Source: an uncultured delta proteobacterium (GTDB lineage: Bacteria > Desulfobacterota > Binatia > DP-6). Taken from it: a stretch of DNA of 64,000 nt. Of the stretch, positions 11,245-20,957 are shown piece after piece. Location: positions 1,472,001 through 1,536,000 of the forward strand of contig CAWFFN010000009.1 in NCBI GenBank assembly GCA_963815115.1. Reading direction: 5' to 3'. The notes beneath the pieces are model-generated. The model was given only the letters and a program-made list of their open reading frames with translations, was not told the origin of the DNA and searched no databases. How positions within the stretch are numbered: position 1 is the first letter of the stretch; the number at the start of each line of letters is the position of its first letter. Made by a program: the position numbers and the translations under genes.

Positions 11245-11877
11245 ATGGACTTTCGCGAGGTCATCGAGACGACGCCGACCTGCCGCTTCTACCGGCCGGA
11301 TCCGGTGCCGGACGACGTGCTGCGCCGGGTGCTCGATGCCGCCCGCTGGGCGCCGACGGGCGGCAACCGCCAGGGCGTGCGCTTCATCGTGGTGCGCGAC
11401 CCCGGCCGGCGGCGGCAGCTGAAGGCATGGTACCTTCCGCTGTGGGAGCAGTACGTGTCGCGCGCGACCTCGCGTGACGGTGCACCGATGCCGCGGCTGC
11501 TCGCGAACGCCGACCACTTCGCGCACCATCTCGACGAGGTGCCGGTGCTGATCGTGGTGTGCGCGCAGCTCGGCGACCTGATGGCGACCGACCGCCATCT
11601 CGACCGCCTCTCGCTCGTCGGCGGCGCGTCGGTCTATCCCGCGGTGCAGAACCTGCTGCTGGCGGCGCGGGCCGAGGGCCTCGGGACCGCGCTCACCACG
11701 CTGCTCTGCGCCCTCGAGCCACAGGTGAAGGAGCTGCTCCAAATTCCCGACGGCATCGCGACGGCGGCCACGGTCGCCCTCGGCCATCCCGCCCGCGGCT
11801 TCCCGAAGCGGCTGGCACGCCGGCCGCTCGAGGAATTCTGCTTCGCGGACGCCTACGGAGCGCCGCTCTTCGCCTGA
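11245..11877 (+). CDS. Nitroreductase family protein
   Basis: APTGGNRQ, GASVYPAVQNLLLAARAEGLG. Strong AAGGAGG RBS. Confidence 0.88.
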   Translation: MDFREVIETTPTCRFYRPDPVPDDVLRRVLDAARWAPTGGNRQGVRFIVVRDPGRRRQLKAWYLPLWEQYVSRATSRDGAPMPRLLANADHFAHHLDEVPVLIVVCAQLGDLMATDRHLDRLSLVGGASVYPAVQNLLLAARAEGLGTALTTLLCALEPQVKELLQIPDGIATAATVALGHPARGFPKRLARRPLEEFCFADAYGAPLFA

Positions 11878-13229
11878 GCATCCTGCGCCGGTGAAACGGT
11901 GCGGGCCCGGAGCCACGCCGCGAGCTCGGTGCGCGGCACCCGGGTGCTCTGGCGGCTACTCAGATCGCGCACCTCGAGCACGCCTGTGCGCAGCGCGTCG
12001 GGATCGGCGACGACCGCGAAGGCGATACCCTTGCGCTGCCCCAGCTCGAACTGGGGTCCGAGCTTGCCGGCGTGCGGAAAGCCGTCCACCGCCAGCCCGG
12101 CGTCGCGCAGCTCGACGCCGAGGCGGAGCGCGTCGCCTGCCGCGGCGTCGGCCGTCAAGGCGATCAGCACGTCGGCCGCGCGGGCGTCGGCCCCGAACAT
12201 GCCGCGCTCCTCCATGAGCGTGAACACGCGCTCGAAGCCGATCGAGAAGCCGCACGCCGGTACGGACGCGCCGGCGAGGCGCTCGACCAGCTCGTCGAAG
12301 CGGCCTCCACCGGCCAGGCTGAACGGGACTCCAGCGGCGGCGATCTCGAAGATCGGACCGGTGTAGTAGTCCATGCCGCGCGCGAGGAACGGATCGAAGA
12401 CGAGCCGGCCGGACGGCAGCGGCGGGGTGAGGCCGAGGACCTGCCGCATCTGCGCCACGTAGGGCGCTCCCGCGGCGCCCACGCGCTCCTCGATCTCGCG
12501 CAGCCGATCCGCATCGGCCGCCGCACGCGAGCGGGCGTGCAGCTCGAGGAGCGTCGCCGCGGCGGCCTGCGGCACGCCCTTGCCGTCGAGCTCGGCGGCC
12601 ACCGCGTCCGGGGTCTCCTTGTCGAGCTTGTCGATGCCGATGACGGCGGCGCCGAGGTGCTCCTCGGGCACGCCGCAGCCGCGCACGAGCAGCGCGAGCA
12701 GCGGGCGCGCGTTCAACCGCACCACCAGCTCCGCGAACCCGAGGCGTGCCAGCGCCGTCGCGGTGGCGAGGATCACCTCCGCTTCCACGGCCATCGACGG
12801 GGAGCCGAGCACGTCGACGTCGCACTGGACGAACTCCCGATAGCGACCGTGCTGGGCGCGCTCGGCGCGCCACACGGGACCGATCTGGTAGCGCTTGAAG
12901 ACGGTGGGGAGCTCGCCGCGGTGCGTGGCGTAGTAGCGCGCCAGCGGGACGGTCAGGTCGAAGCGCAGCGCCATGTCGGCGAGCTCTCCGCCGCCCGACC
13001 GGGCCCGCTCCAGCTCCGCGCCGCGCCTGAGCACCCGGAACATCAGCTTCTCGTTCTCGGCTCCGCCCTTGCCGAGGAACACCGCGAGCGCCTCCATGGC
13101 GGGCGTGTCCATGCCTTCGAAGCCGAAGGACTCGTAGCTCTCGCAGATGCGGCGAATGAGCTCCTGGCGCCTGCGGTACTGCGCCGGGAGGAAGTCACGG
13201 AAGCCGCTGGGCGCGGCGGGTTTTGCCAT
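11853..13229 (-). CDS. hisS: Histidine--tRNA ligase
   Basis: GFRDFLP, LRFDLTVPLAR, WRAERAQHGRYREFVQCDVD, RGMDYYTG, GGGRFD, GFSIGFER. Confidence 0.95.
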   Translation of the reverse strand: MAKPAAPSGFRDFLPAQYRRRQELIRRICESYESFGFEGMDTPAMEALAVFLGKGGAENEKLMFRVLRRGAELERARSGGGELADMALRFDLTVPLARYYATHRGELPTVFKRYQIGPVWRAERAQHGRYREFVQCDVDVLGSPSMAVEAEVILATATALARLGFAELVVRLNARPLLALLVRGCGVPEEHLGAAVIGIDKLDKETPDAVAAELDGKGVPQAAAATLLELHARSRAAADADRLREIEERVGAAGAPYVAQMRQVLGLTPPLPSGRLVFDPFLARGMDYYTGPIFEIAAAGVPFSLAGGGRFDELVERLAGASVPACGFSIGFERVFTLMEERGMFGADARAADVLIALTADAAAGDALRLGVELRDAGLAVDGFPHAGKLGPQFELGQRKGIAFAVVADPDALRTGVLEVRDLSSRQSTRVPRTELAAWLRARTVSPAQDAQAKSGAP

Positions 13230-13606
13230 GAGGCTCTTTCTCTGCCCTGGACGGGCGAGACAGTCCACCCGCGGCTGACCGGCCGGCCGCGGATCGGTGG
13301 CGGCCCGCCGTACGACCGCCGTCAGCCCGTCCGATCCACCCGGGGCGCTGGTCTTCCTGGTGGGCCTGGCCGCGGGCGTCCCGTTCGGCCTGCTGCTGCC
13401 CGGCGCCGGCGCCGTCCCCCCGAGGCGCACGCGTTTCCGGGAGGGTCACCCCGATCGGCCGCGCGCCACCGGAGCGAGCCGACGCTGGCGGTGTCCGGCG
13501 ACGGGACGCGGATATTCCCACACCGACAGGAGGGCGGGCACGAGGTCGTCTCGTGAGCGAGCTTGCTTCGCCGGCTGAACGGTAGCCGTGCCATCGCGGC
13601 AGCGGC

Positions 13607-16600
13607 GTGATACTGCACGGACGGCGTGTGGAAGCGATGAGACGGTTCGCGCTTCTCGAGTGTACGCGGGTGCGTGCGGCGACACGGTCAGGGGGCTCAG
13701 GGGGCCGCTCGAAGAAGAGGATCGTGGAAAGGCCTGTAGCACGGGCTGGCCGAGTGCGCGCCGCCGGAGCAGCTGCTCGGCGTGCGATGTCCGCGAGAGG
13801 CGCCCAGGGAGCCCCCGGCCAGGTGACCCCCGCGATCGTGGGTCTGGGTTCTTCGGCAGGAGGTCTCGACGCCCTCAAGCGGTTCTTCAACAGCATGCCA
13901 TCCGACAGCGGCATGGCCTTCGTGCTGGTGCAGCACCTGGACCCGACGCACCCGAGCCTGATCGCGGAGCTGCTCGGCAGGTGCACCGCGATGTCCGTGG
14001 TGCAGGTGGACGCCGACACGCCGGTCGAGGCCGATCACGTCTATTGCATGCCGCCGGGCCGATACCTGAGCATCAGCGGACGGACGTTGCGGCTGACCGG
14101 GCCGGTCGAGACCGGCAGCGTCCGCATGCCGATCGACTTCTTCCTGCGCTCCCTGGGCGCGGACGTGCAGGAGCGGGGGATCGGGATCGTTCTCTCCGGA
14201 ACCGGAACCGACGGCACGCTCGGCCTGCGAGCGATCAAGGCGGCTGGAGGGTTGGCCATCGCGCAGGATCCCGTGACCGCCGAGCACGATGGCATGCCGC
14301 GCAGCGCGATCGCTGACGGAGCGATCGACCATGTCCTGTCCCCCGAGCAGATGCCTGACGTCCTGGCCGAGTTCCTGCGGCACCCCTATGCCCGAGGTCC
14401 GAGCGGCCTCCCCGCGGCAGAAGACATCGGCCGCGATCGTCTGGATGACGTCCTGGGGGTCCTGCTCGATCGGACGGACCTCGACTTCCGCAGCTACAAG
14501 CGAAGCACGCTCGAGCGTCGCATCGGCCGCCGCATGGGCTTGAAGCACATCGAGCGCACGGTCGACTACGTGCGACTCCTGACGCGTGACCCCGCGGAGG
14601 CCGCGGCGCTGCGCGACGATCTTCTGATCAGCGTCACGAGCTTCTTCCGCGACCCCGAGGCATGGCGGGTTCTGCAGGAGCAGGTGCTTCGTCCAATGAT
14701 TGCACGCACTGACGTCCATGCGGCGCTCCGCGTGTGGGTGCCCGGCTGCGCAACCGGGGAGGAGGCATACTCCATCGCCATGCTCCTCATCGAGGAGCGG
14801 GAAGCCGCGGCGAAGAGCTGCCCCATCCAGATCTTCGCCTCGGACGTGGATGCGGGCGCGCTCGAGGTGGGCCGGGCTGGTCTCTACCCGGGGAGCATCG
14901 TCGCCGACGTGCCGGCGCACCGGCGCCGCCGGTTCTTCATAGACGAGAGGCACGGCGCTCGGGTCGGCAAGGGGCTGCGCGAGTCGGTGGTGTTCGCCCG
15001 GCAGAACCTCCTGGCGGACCCGCCGTTCTCCAAGCTCGACCTCGTCACCTGCCGCAACCTCCTCATGTACCTCGAGCCGGAGGCCCAGCGGAGGATCCTC
15101 TCGCTGCTGCACTTCGCACTCGTCGAGGGGGGGCACCTGCTTCTGGGGACCGCGGAGACGATCGGCCAGCAGGAAGACCTGTTCGCGGTGGTCTCGAAGC
15201 ACTGGCGCATCTACCGACGGATCGGACCGCCGCGGTACGACAAGGTACGGTTCCCGGTCATGGATGAATTCGCAGTCGGGCGGCGGATCGATCCGTCACC
15301 CGGCCACCCGGGCGTCGGGCGGCTCGGGGCGCTGGCCCAGCAGGCGCTGCTCGAGCGCTTCGTCCCGGCGTCCGTGCTGATCAACCGCAGGTACGAGATC
15401 GTGTACTTCGCGGGACCGACCGAGGACTATCTGGTCCAGCCGACCGGCGTCCCCACCCAGGACCTGATGTCCCGGCTGCGCGAGGGCCTGCCGACCAAGC
15501 TGCGCGGCGCCATCCGCAGGGCGATCCGCGAGGGCGAGCGTCCGGTCGTCATTGCCGTCCGAGTCCGGCGCGGAGACGCGTGGCAGCGGGTGAAGGTGAC
15601 GGTCGAACCCCTCGCGGGAATCGGCGAGATGGAGGGGTTGCTGCTGATTTCCTTCGTGGACGGACCCCGGGCGGCGCCTCCGGCGCTCCATTCCGCGAAT
15701 GCCGCAGGCGAGCACGACGAACCGGTCACCCGAGCGCTCGAGGACGAGCTCAAGGCCACACGGGAGGAGCTGCAGGGCAGCGTCGGCGACCTGGAGAGCT
15801 CCAATGAAGAGCTGAAGGTCGTCAACGAAGAAGTGATGTCGGTCAACGAGGAGCTGCGCTCCTCCAACGAGGAGCTCGAGACCTCCAAGGAGGAGCTCCA
15901 GTCGCTCAACGAGGAGCTGAGCACCGTCAACACGCAGCTCGAGGACAAGGTCAACGAGCTGGAGCAGGCGAACAACGACCTGGACAATCTGCTGACCAGC
16001 ACCAACATCGCAACGATTTTCCTCGACACCAGCTTCCACGTACGGCGCTTCACGCCGGCCGCGGCCAGGCTGTTCCACATGACGCCCGCGGACGTCGGGC
16101 GGCAGTTGGGCGACGTCGTCGGGCGGGGTATCGACCCCGATCTCCCGCAGGACAGCGAGGCCGTGCTCGCTCGCCTGGGGTCGATCAGCAAGGAGGTGCA
16201 GGGGGCGGACGGCCGGTCGTACGTCCGGCAGGTGCTACCCTATCGCACGCGCGACGACCGGATCGAGGGCGTGGTGATCACCTTCTCGGACGTCGCGGCA
16301 GAGGCGCTCCAGGAGGCACGGCTCTACGCCGAGGCCATCGTGAACACGGTCCGGGAACCCCTGCTGGTGCTCGACTCCGAATTGTGCGTCCTGTCGGCGA
16401 ATCGGTCTTTCTATCATACCTTCCGGCTGTCGCCGGAAGAGACCGTCAACCGTGCGCTCTACGAGCTGAACGATCGCGAGCTGGACGTCCCGAGGCTCCG
16501 AGCGCTGCTCGGCGTGATTCTGCCGGACCGGGGTGGCCTGACCGACTTCGAACTCGAGCACGACTTTGCGAGGATCGGGCGACGGATCATGCTGCTGAAC

Positions 16601-17824
16601 GCGCGCATCCTGGCGCGGGGCGGCGACCGCCCGGACCTGATTCTTCTCGCCATGGAGGACATCACCGAGCGCAAGCGTGCCGAGCACGCGCTGCGCGAGA
16701 GCGAGGCCATGACGCGGGCCGGCATCGAGGCCGCCGTGGACGGCGTCGTCGCGACGGACGAACGCGGTACCGTCCTCTCCTTCAACCCGGCCGCCGAGCT
16801 CATCTTCGGCTACTCCGGCGGAGAGGTGATCGGGCAGAACGTCGGGATGCTGGTGCCACCATCCTACCTGGACGAGTACCAGCGGTCCGTGGCGGCCTTC
16901 CTCGAGACGCCAGACCGTCACGTCATCGGCATCGCGCAGGAGGTCCACGGCCGGCACAAGAACGGCACCACCTTCCCGATGGACCTGAACCTCAGCGAGT
17001 TCGACGACGGCTCAGGTCGCCGGTTCGTCGCAACGATCCGCGACATCACCGAGCGCAAGTGGGCGGAGGAAGAGGTCCGGAGGCGCCAGGCCGAGCTGGC
17101 CCACGTGCTCCGGATCGCCACCATCGAGCGACTGGCAGCCTCCCTGGCGCACGAGCTCAACCAGCCTCTCACCGCGATCGCCAACGAGGTGGAAGCGTGT
17201 GCGACCTACGTCCGGTCGGGCAAGCGCGAGCCCCGCCGCCTGCTGTCGTTGCTCGAGCGCGCGGGAGCGGAGGCGCTGCGCGCCGGCGAGATCGTGCACC
17301 ACCTGCGAGACTTCGTGCTGCGGAGCGAGCCGCGGATCGAATCGGCTGACCTCTGCGAGGTGATCCGCAATGCGACCCGCTGGCTGGCGCGTGAGATGGA
17401 GGACGAGCGGATCACGCTGCGGCTCGATCTGGCACCGCAGGGGCTGCTGGTTCACGCCGATCGCATCCAGATCGAGCAGGTGTTCGTGAATCTCGTGCAG
17501 AACGCCATCGACGCGATCCGCGACGGGGGGAGCGAGACGAGAGAGATCCGCGTACGGACGTCGCGGGGCGAGGACGGCACGGCCGAGGTGCTCGTCGACG
17601 ATACCGGCATCGGCTTTGCCGCCGGGGCCACCGCGCGATTGTACGAACCCTTCTTCACCACCAAGCCGCAAGGTATGGGAATGGGCCTGGCGATCAGCCG
17701 CACCATCGTGGAGCTGCACCGCGGCCGGCTCTCGGTCGAGCCCCGGGAGTCGGGGCTCGGTACCACGGTGCGACTGGTCCTGCCCGCCGGCGCCGTGTCG
17801 GCAGCGGGCGAGAGATCGGGATGA
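13607..17824 (+). CDS. CheB-CheR-coiled-coil-3xPAS-histidine kinase fusion (true start probably later, e.g. ~13787)
   Basis: CheB: GSSAGG, QHL, SGTGTDG. CheR: VTSFFRD, WVPGCATGEEAYS, CRNLLMY. SNEEL coiled coil. PAS ends DITERK twice. HELNQPL, NLVQNA, PFFTTK, GMGMGL. Confidence 0.9.
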   Translation: MILHGRRVEAMRRFALLECTRVRAATRSGGSGGRSKKRIVERPVARAGRVRAAGAAARRAMSARGAQGAPGQVTPAIVGLGSSAGGLDALKRFFNSMPSDSGMAFVLVQHLDPTHPSLIAELLGRCTAMSVVQVDADTPVEADHVYCMPPGRYLSISGRTLRLTGPVETGSVRMPIDFFLRSLGADVQERGIGIVLSGTGTDGTLGLRAIKAAGGLAIAQDPVTAEHDGMPRSAIADGAIDHVLSPEQMPDVLAEFLRHPYARGPSGLPAAEDIGRDRLDDVLGVLLDRTDLDFRSYKRSTLERRIGRRMGLKHIERTVDYVRLLTRDPAEAAALRDDLLISVTSFFRDPEAWRVLQEQVLRPMIARTDVHAALRVWVPGCATGEEAYSIAMLLIEEREAAAKSCPIQIFASDVDAGALEVGRAGLYPGSIVADVPAHRRRRFFIDERHGARVGKGLRESVVFARQNLLADPPFSKLDLVTCRNLLMYLEPEAQRRILSLLHFALVEGGHLLLGTAETIGQQEDLFAVVSKHWRIYRRIGPPRYDKVRFPVMDEFAVGRRIDPSPGHPGVGRLGALAQQALLERFVPASVLINRRYEIVYFAGPTEDYLVQPTGVPTQDLMSRLREGLPTKLRGAIRRAIREGERPVVIAVRVRRGDAWQRVKVTVEPLAGIGEMEGLLLISFVDGPRAAPPALHSANAAGEHDEPVTRALEDELKATREELQGSVGDLESSNEELKVVNEEVMSVNEELRSSNEELETSKEELQSLNEELSTVNTQLEDKVNELEQANNDLDNLLTSTNIATIFLDTSFHVRRFTPAAARLFHMTPADVGRQLGDVVGRGIDPDLPQDSEAVLARLGSISKEVQGADGRSYVRQVLPYRTRDDRIEGVVITFSDVAAEALQEARLYAEAIVNTVREPLLVLDSELCVLSANRSFYHTFRLSPEETVNRALYELNDRELDVPRLRALLGVILPDRGGLTDFELEHDFARIGRRIMLLNARILARGGDRPDLILLAMEDITERKRAEHALRESEAMTRAGIEAAVDGVVATDERGTVLSFNPAAELIFGYSGGEVIGQNVGMLVPPSYLDEYQRSVAAFLETPDRHVIGIAQEVHGRHKNGTTFPMDLNLSEFDDGSGRRFVATIRDITERKWAEEEVRRRQAELAHVLRIATIERLAASLAHELNQPLTAIANEVEACATYVRSGKREPRRLLSLLERAGAEALRAGEIVHHLRDFVLRSEPRIESADLCEVIRNATRWLAREMEDERITLRLDLAPQGLLVHADRIQIEQVFVNLVQNAIDAIRDGGSETREIRVRTSRGEDGTAEVLVDDTGIGFAAGATARLYEPFFTTKPQGMGMGLAISRTIVELHRGRLSVEPRESGLGTTVRLVLPAGAVSAAGERSG

Positions 17825-18432
17825 CGGCAGTTCCGACGGTCTTCGTGGTCGACGACAATCCGGGCGTCCGCAAGTCGCTGCAGGCGCTCGTCGAGGCGGA
17901 GGGTCTGGCGGTCGCCACGTACGCGTCCGCCGCGGAATTCCTCGAGGCCTGGGACGTACAGCGACCTGGCTGCCTCGTCCTCGACGTCCGTCTTCGGGGG
18001 GATAGCGGTCTGAATCTGCAGGACGAGCTTCGCAGGCGGAACGCCACGCTGCCGATCATCGTGATGACCGGGTATGCCGACGTTCCCACCTCCGTGCGTG
18101 CGCTCAAGGGCGGTGCCATCGACTTCCTCCGGAAGCCCGTGCCCCCGAAGCAGTTGATTGCACGGATTCGCGAGGCCATCGACGTCGATCGGCGCACTCG
18201 TGACGCGGGAGCGCAACGCGCCGCCGTGACGGATCGAATCGCCCAGCTCACACCGCGCGAGCGCGAGGTCATGGAGCTGCTGGCCGTGGGGAACAGTTCC
18301 AAGGCAATCGCCGTGGCGCTAGACATCAGCGTGCGCACGGTGGAGAGCCATCGCCGGACCGTGCTCCGGAAGCTGGGGGTCTCCTCGGCGGCGCAGCTGG
18401 CGCGTGCCGTCGCTCGGAGCCAGCTGCCGTAG
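17821..18432 (+). CDS. FixJ-type response regulator (REC + LuxR HTH)
   Basis: VVDD, CLVLDV, MTG, DFLRKP, LTPREREV...ISVRTVESHR. Confidence 0.92.
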   Translation: MTAVPTVFVVDDNPGVRKSLQALVEAEGLAVATYASAAEFLEAWDVQRPGCLVLDVRLRGDSGLNLQDELRRRNATLPIIVMTGYADVPTSVRALKGGAIDFLRKPVPPKQLIARIREAIDVDRRTRDAGAQRAAVTDRIAQLTPREREVMELLAVGNSSKAIAVALDISVRTVESHRRTVLRKLGVSSAAQLARAVARSQLP

Positions 18433-18581
18433 AAGAACCGCCTGGGGTGGCACTGCTGGGGTAGGCCGACCGGATCGCTCCCCCTTCAGGCTGCCCCTCG
18501 CCACACAGCCGCCAAGAGGCGTACGTCTCGCTGCTGCTGGCGGACGCCGCTTGCGCGGCTGAGGGCCCGATCCTTCGGCGC

Positions 18582-18998
18582 TCAATAGGCGATCGGGGCG
18601 TGCGCAGGCTTCTCTGTCAGTCCCATCACCTCGACTTTGGTCTCGAAGTGCCCGTCGCCTCGCGTGGGCAGGGCGGTCGTACGCTGTACCGTGAAGGGCG
18701 CGATCCCGTTGGGTGGGATCTCCTGCGCCAGCGTGTACGTCCCTGTCTGGCTCGGGTCGTTGCTCCCGGGGTGGAGCTCGTTGGTCCACAGGAACGTGTC
18801 GCTGACCGAGAGCTTCAGGTTGGACACCGTTCCGTCACTCAGGTTGACGAGGCGCCCGCTCACGCTGGCCGCGTCCCCCGTCACGTCTCGCACCTCGACC
18901 AAGCTGGTGATGTGGGTCTGGGGTACGAGCTCGGACGACGCGGGAGCGGCCAGGAACAGTCCCAGAACCGCGGTCATGAGAAATCCCATTGCTCGCAT
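18582..18998 (-). CDS. Hypothetical secreted beta-sandwich protein
   Basis: AGGAGG RBS, signal peptide ending PASS, VSGRLVN. Confidence 0.6.
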   Translation of the reverse strand: MRAMGFLMTAVLGLFLAAPASSELVPQTHITSLVEVRDVTGDAASVSGRLVNLSDGTVSNLKLSVSDTFLWTNELHPGSNDPSQTGTYTLAQEIPPNGIAPFTVQRTTALPTRGDGHFETKVEVMGLTEKPAHAPIAY

Positions 18999-19157
18999 TG
19001 GTAGACTCCCTCCTGTTGCGTCCATGGCCAAGAGTGGTCGTCCCAATGCATACTATCAGGGGAATCCACCACGGAGATGGGTCGTCTGAAGCGCCGACAG
19101 AGCGGTCCATGACACTTGCCCGAATTCCCGGCGCTCAGCAACGCCGGGTACGAGGAG

Positions 19158-19232
19158 CTAGAGCCGACCCGTCAACAGCATGACGACGAGAACCGGCAGG
19201 ATGATGCCACCGAGTCCGTATCCGAAGTACAT
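19158..19232 (-). CDS. 24-aa membrane micropeptide, DUF3309-like
   Basis: MYFGYGLGGIILPVLVVMLLTGRL preceded by purine-rich AAGGAAAG. Too short for the ORF track. Confidence 0.6.
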   Translation of the reverse strand: MYFGYGLGGIILPVLVVMLLTGRL

Positions 19233-19550
19233 TGCGCTTTCCTTTCCCTTTCCTCTAGGTCTTATCTAGCACGCGGCGTGGCGAGCTGCACACGCGCATA
19301 GCTACCGGCGTACACGTACGTACGCAGTTACCGCGAGGGTGGGTGCACGCTGATCCTGTTACGTCCTCGTCTGCGCGACCGTATCGAGGAGCTGGCCGAC
19401 GAGATGCACACGAAGATCATGCTCAGCGCGTAGAGAGTCGCGGTGGGTTCTCGGGCGCCGCCGCGCGGGCGGGCCATGTTCGCTGCGCGGTGTCTCCTCG
19501 GCACCCCGGATCATGCGTGCCGCTGCCTGTCTCCGACCACCGTAGAACTG

Positions 19551-19570
19551 CGTACGTGGTTCCACGTACG
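19551..19570. promoter_or_regulatory. Inverted repeat CGTACGTGG-TT-CCACGTACG upstream of csbD
   Basis: Perfect 9-bp arms in intergenic DNA. Confidence 0.5.
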
Positions 19571-19699
19571 GAAGATAACCTTCTAGTGGTCGGCCCACCG
19601 TGCTGCTACTCCTCAGCACGCGACGGTGGCTCACTTCCCGTGGGTTCCGCATCGCAGCCGTGCCACCGCGGGGTTGGCGGGAAAGACAGAAGCAACGAC

Positions 19700-19873
19700 A
19701 TGGGTGGAACCACCGACAAGGCCAAGGGGCGATTCAAAGAGGCCGCCGGCGCTCTCACGGGCAACGACAAGCTGCGCCAGGAGGGGAAGCGCGATCAGGC
19801 AGCGGGCAAGGTGAAGGTCGCGGCCGAGAAGGTCGTCGACAAGGTGCGTGACGCGGCAAAAGGCCGAGGCTGA
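19700..19873 (+). CDS. csbD: CsbD family general stress protein
   Basis: DKAKGRFKEAAGALTGNDKLRQEGKRDQAAGKVK. Confidence 0.9.
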   Translation: MGGTTDKAKGRFKEAAGALTGNDKLRQEGKRDQAAGKVKVAAEKVVDKVRDAAKGRG

Positions 19874-19972
19874 TCGCCGTCGTCGTGGGATGCTCCCGAT
19901 GGTGGAGGAGCCCTGGCGAGGAGAGGAGTCTCGAATTCCAGTGTCAGATGGATGCGAGGGTCAAGGAGTCCG

Positions 19973-20413
19973 ATGGCCGTTTCCCAGGTGAGTCGAGCGA
20001 CGCAACAATCCACGGACGGGGCGGTCGCGGGGCTGTACGAGACACACGCCATCCTCCCGGTGCAGTTCTTCCTCCAGTCAGCGACCGTGAGGACGGGGGA
20101 GCAGCGGCTCATGGCGGCGGTCCTGGAGGACGCGATCGGGCTGTATCTCAAGCGGCCTCCGCCAAGCACAGCGAAGCTGCGGCAGAAGTTCCAGCAGGCA
20201 CTGCAGCAGACGGAGTACTGGCTACTGAGCAACGATCGCGCCTCGCCGTTCGACTTCCTGCGGATCTGCGACGCCTTGAACCTGGACCCGCAGTATCTCC
20301 GCCGCGGCCTGCGTCAGCTTCATGGGCGCGGGGGTCATCGACGCACCACATTTACCGATGTGGATGGACATCGGCGCCGGGATGCGAGCGGAAGCCGCGC
20401 GGCTGCGAGTTGA
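19973..20413 (+). CDS. Hypothetical protein (ExRLxxAVL...SND.xPFxF.xCxxLxxD family), paralogue of 38238..38543
   Basis: AAGGAG RBS before ATG 19973. Motifs shared with the ORF at 38238..38543. Confidence 0.7.
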   Translation: MAVSQVSRATQQSTDGAVAGLYETHAILPVQFFLQSATVRTGEQRLMAAVLEDAIGLYLKRPPPSTAKLRQKFQQALQQTEYWLLSNDRASPFDFLRICDALNLDPQYLRRGLRQLHGRGGHRRTTFTDVDGHRRRDASGSRAAAS

Positions 20414-20420
20414 GAAAGGC

Positions 20421-20760
20421 ATGACCGGCCACTCGCAAGGCGCGGCGATCGGCGATCGTCCCCCGACGGTGAGTGGCGCGATCGACCGCGCTGCCGACGC
20501 CGCCCAGAGCCTGGTGGAGGATCGGATCGGACTGGCCCGCCTCCGACCTGGAGTCATTGCTCAGGACGGCATCGCTCGGGATCCTCGGAGGCTGCCTCAT
20601 CCTGGGAGGCTGGATGATCCTGCTGGTCGCAGCATACCACGTGCTGGCCCCGCATCTCGAAGCGGTGCCGACCCTTGGAGCGCTCGCCGGCCTGAACTTT
20701 GCGCTGGGCGCGGGAGCGCTGCTGGTGGCGCGACGAGGCCCGGAGGGTTCGGATGGCTAG
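20421..20760 (+). pseudogene. YqjE/phage-holin-like two-TM protein, frameshifted
   Basis: N-half (...LVEDRIGLARL) and C-half (DLESLL...two TM helices) join if one extra C near 20544 is removed. Confidence 0.6.
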
Positions 20761-20952
20761 CCGGGAGCAGCGTGAGACGACCACCAGTCGATCGAGTTTC
20801 ACAAGGGGGAGCTGCGGCTTGCGATCGACGAGCTTCGGCTAGCGGCGCGGCCCTTGACGCCGCTGAGCGAGGCCATTCGTACACGACCCTTGTCCTGGCT
20901 TCTGGCAGGAGGGGCGGTCGGTTGCTGGCTCGGGATGCGAGGACGGAGGTGA
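20753..20952 (+). pseudogene. YqjK-like small membrane-anchored protein, frameshifted
   Basis: ATG 20753 to TGA 20952 is 200 nt. The frame QSIEFHKGELRLAIDEL...RPLSWLLAGGAVGCWLG needs one base restored near 20783. Confidence 0.45.
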
Positions 20953-20957
20953 ATCAC

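Noticed and set aside
11853-11877. Convergent 3' overlaps (nitroreductase/hisS, and GFA/tag at 48712-48770)
   Set aside because: Short convergent overlaps are common in GC-rich genomes and there is no sign of function.
13297-13578. 93-aa ORF with a hydrophobic stretch next to the hisS promoter
   Set aside because: No RBS or family motif. It may be a gene remnant at the island edge but cannot be supported.
16657-17059. Direct repeat GACATCACCGAGCGCAAG
   Set aside because: It encodes the DITERK end of two PAS domains, so it is a protein-level repeat.
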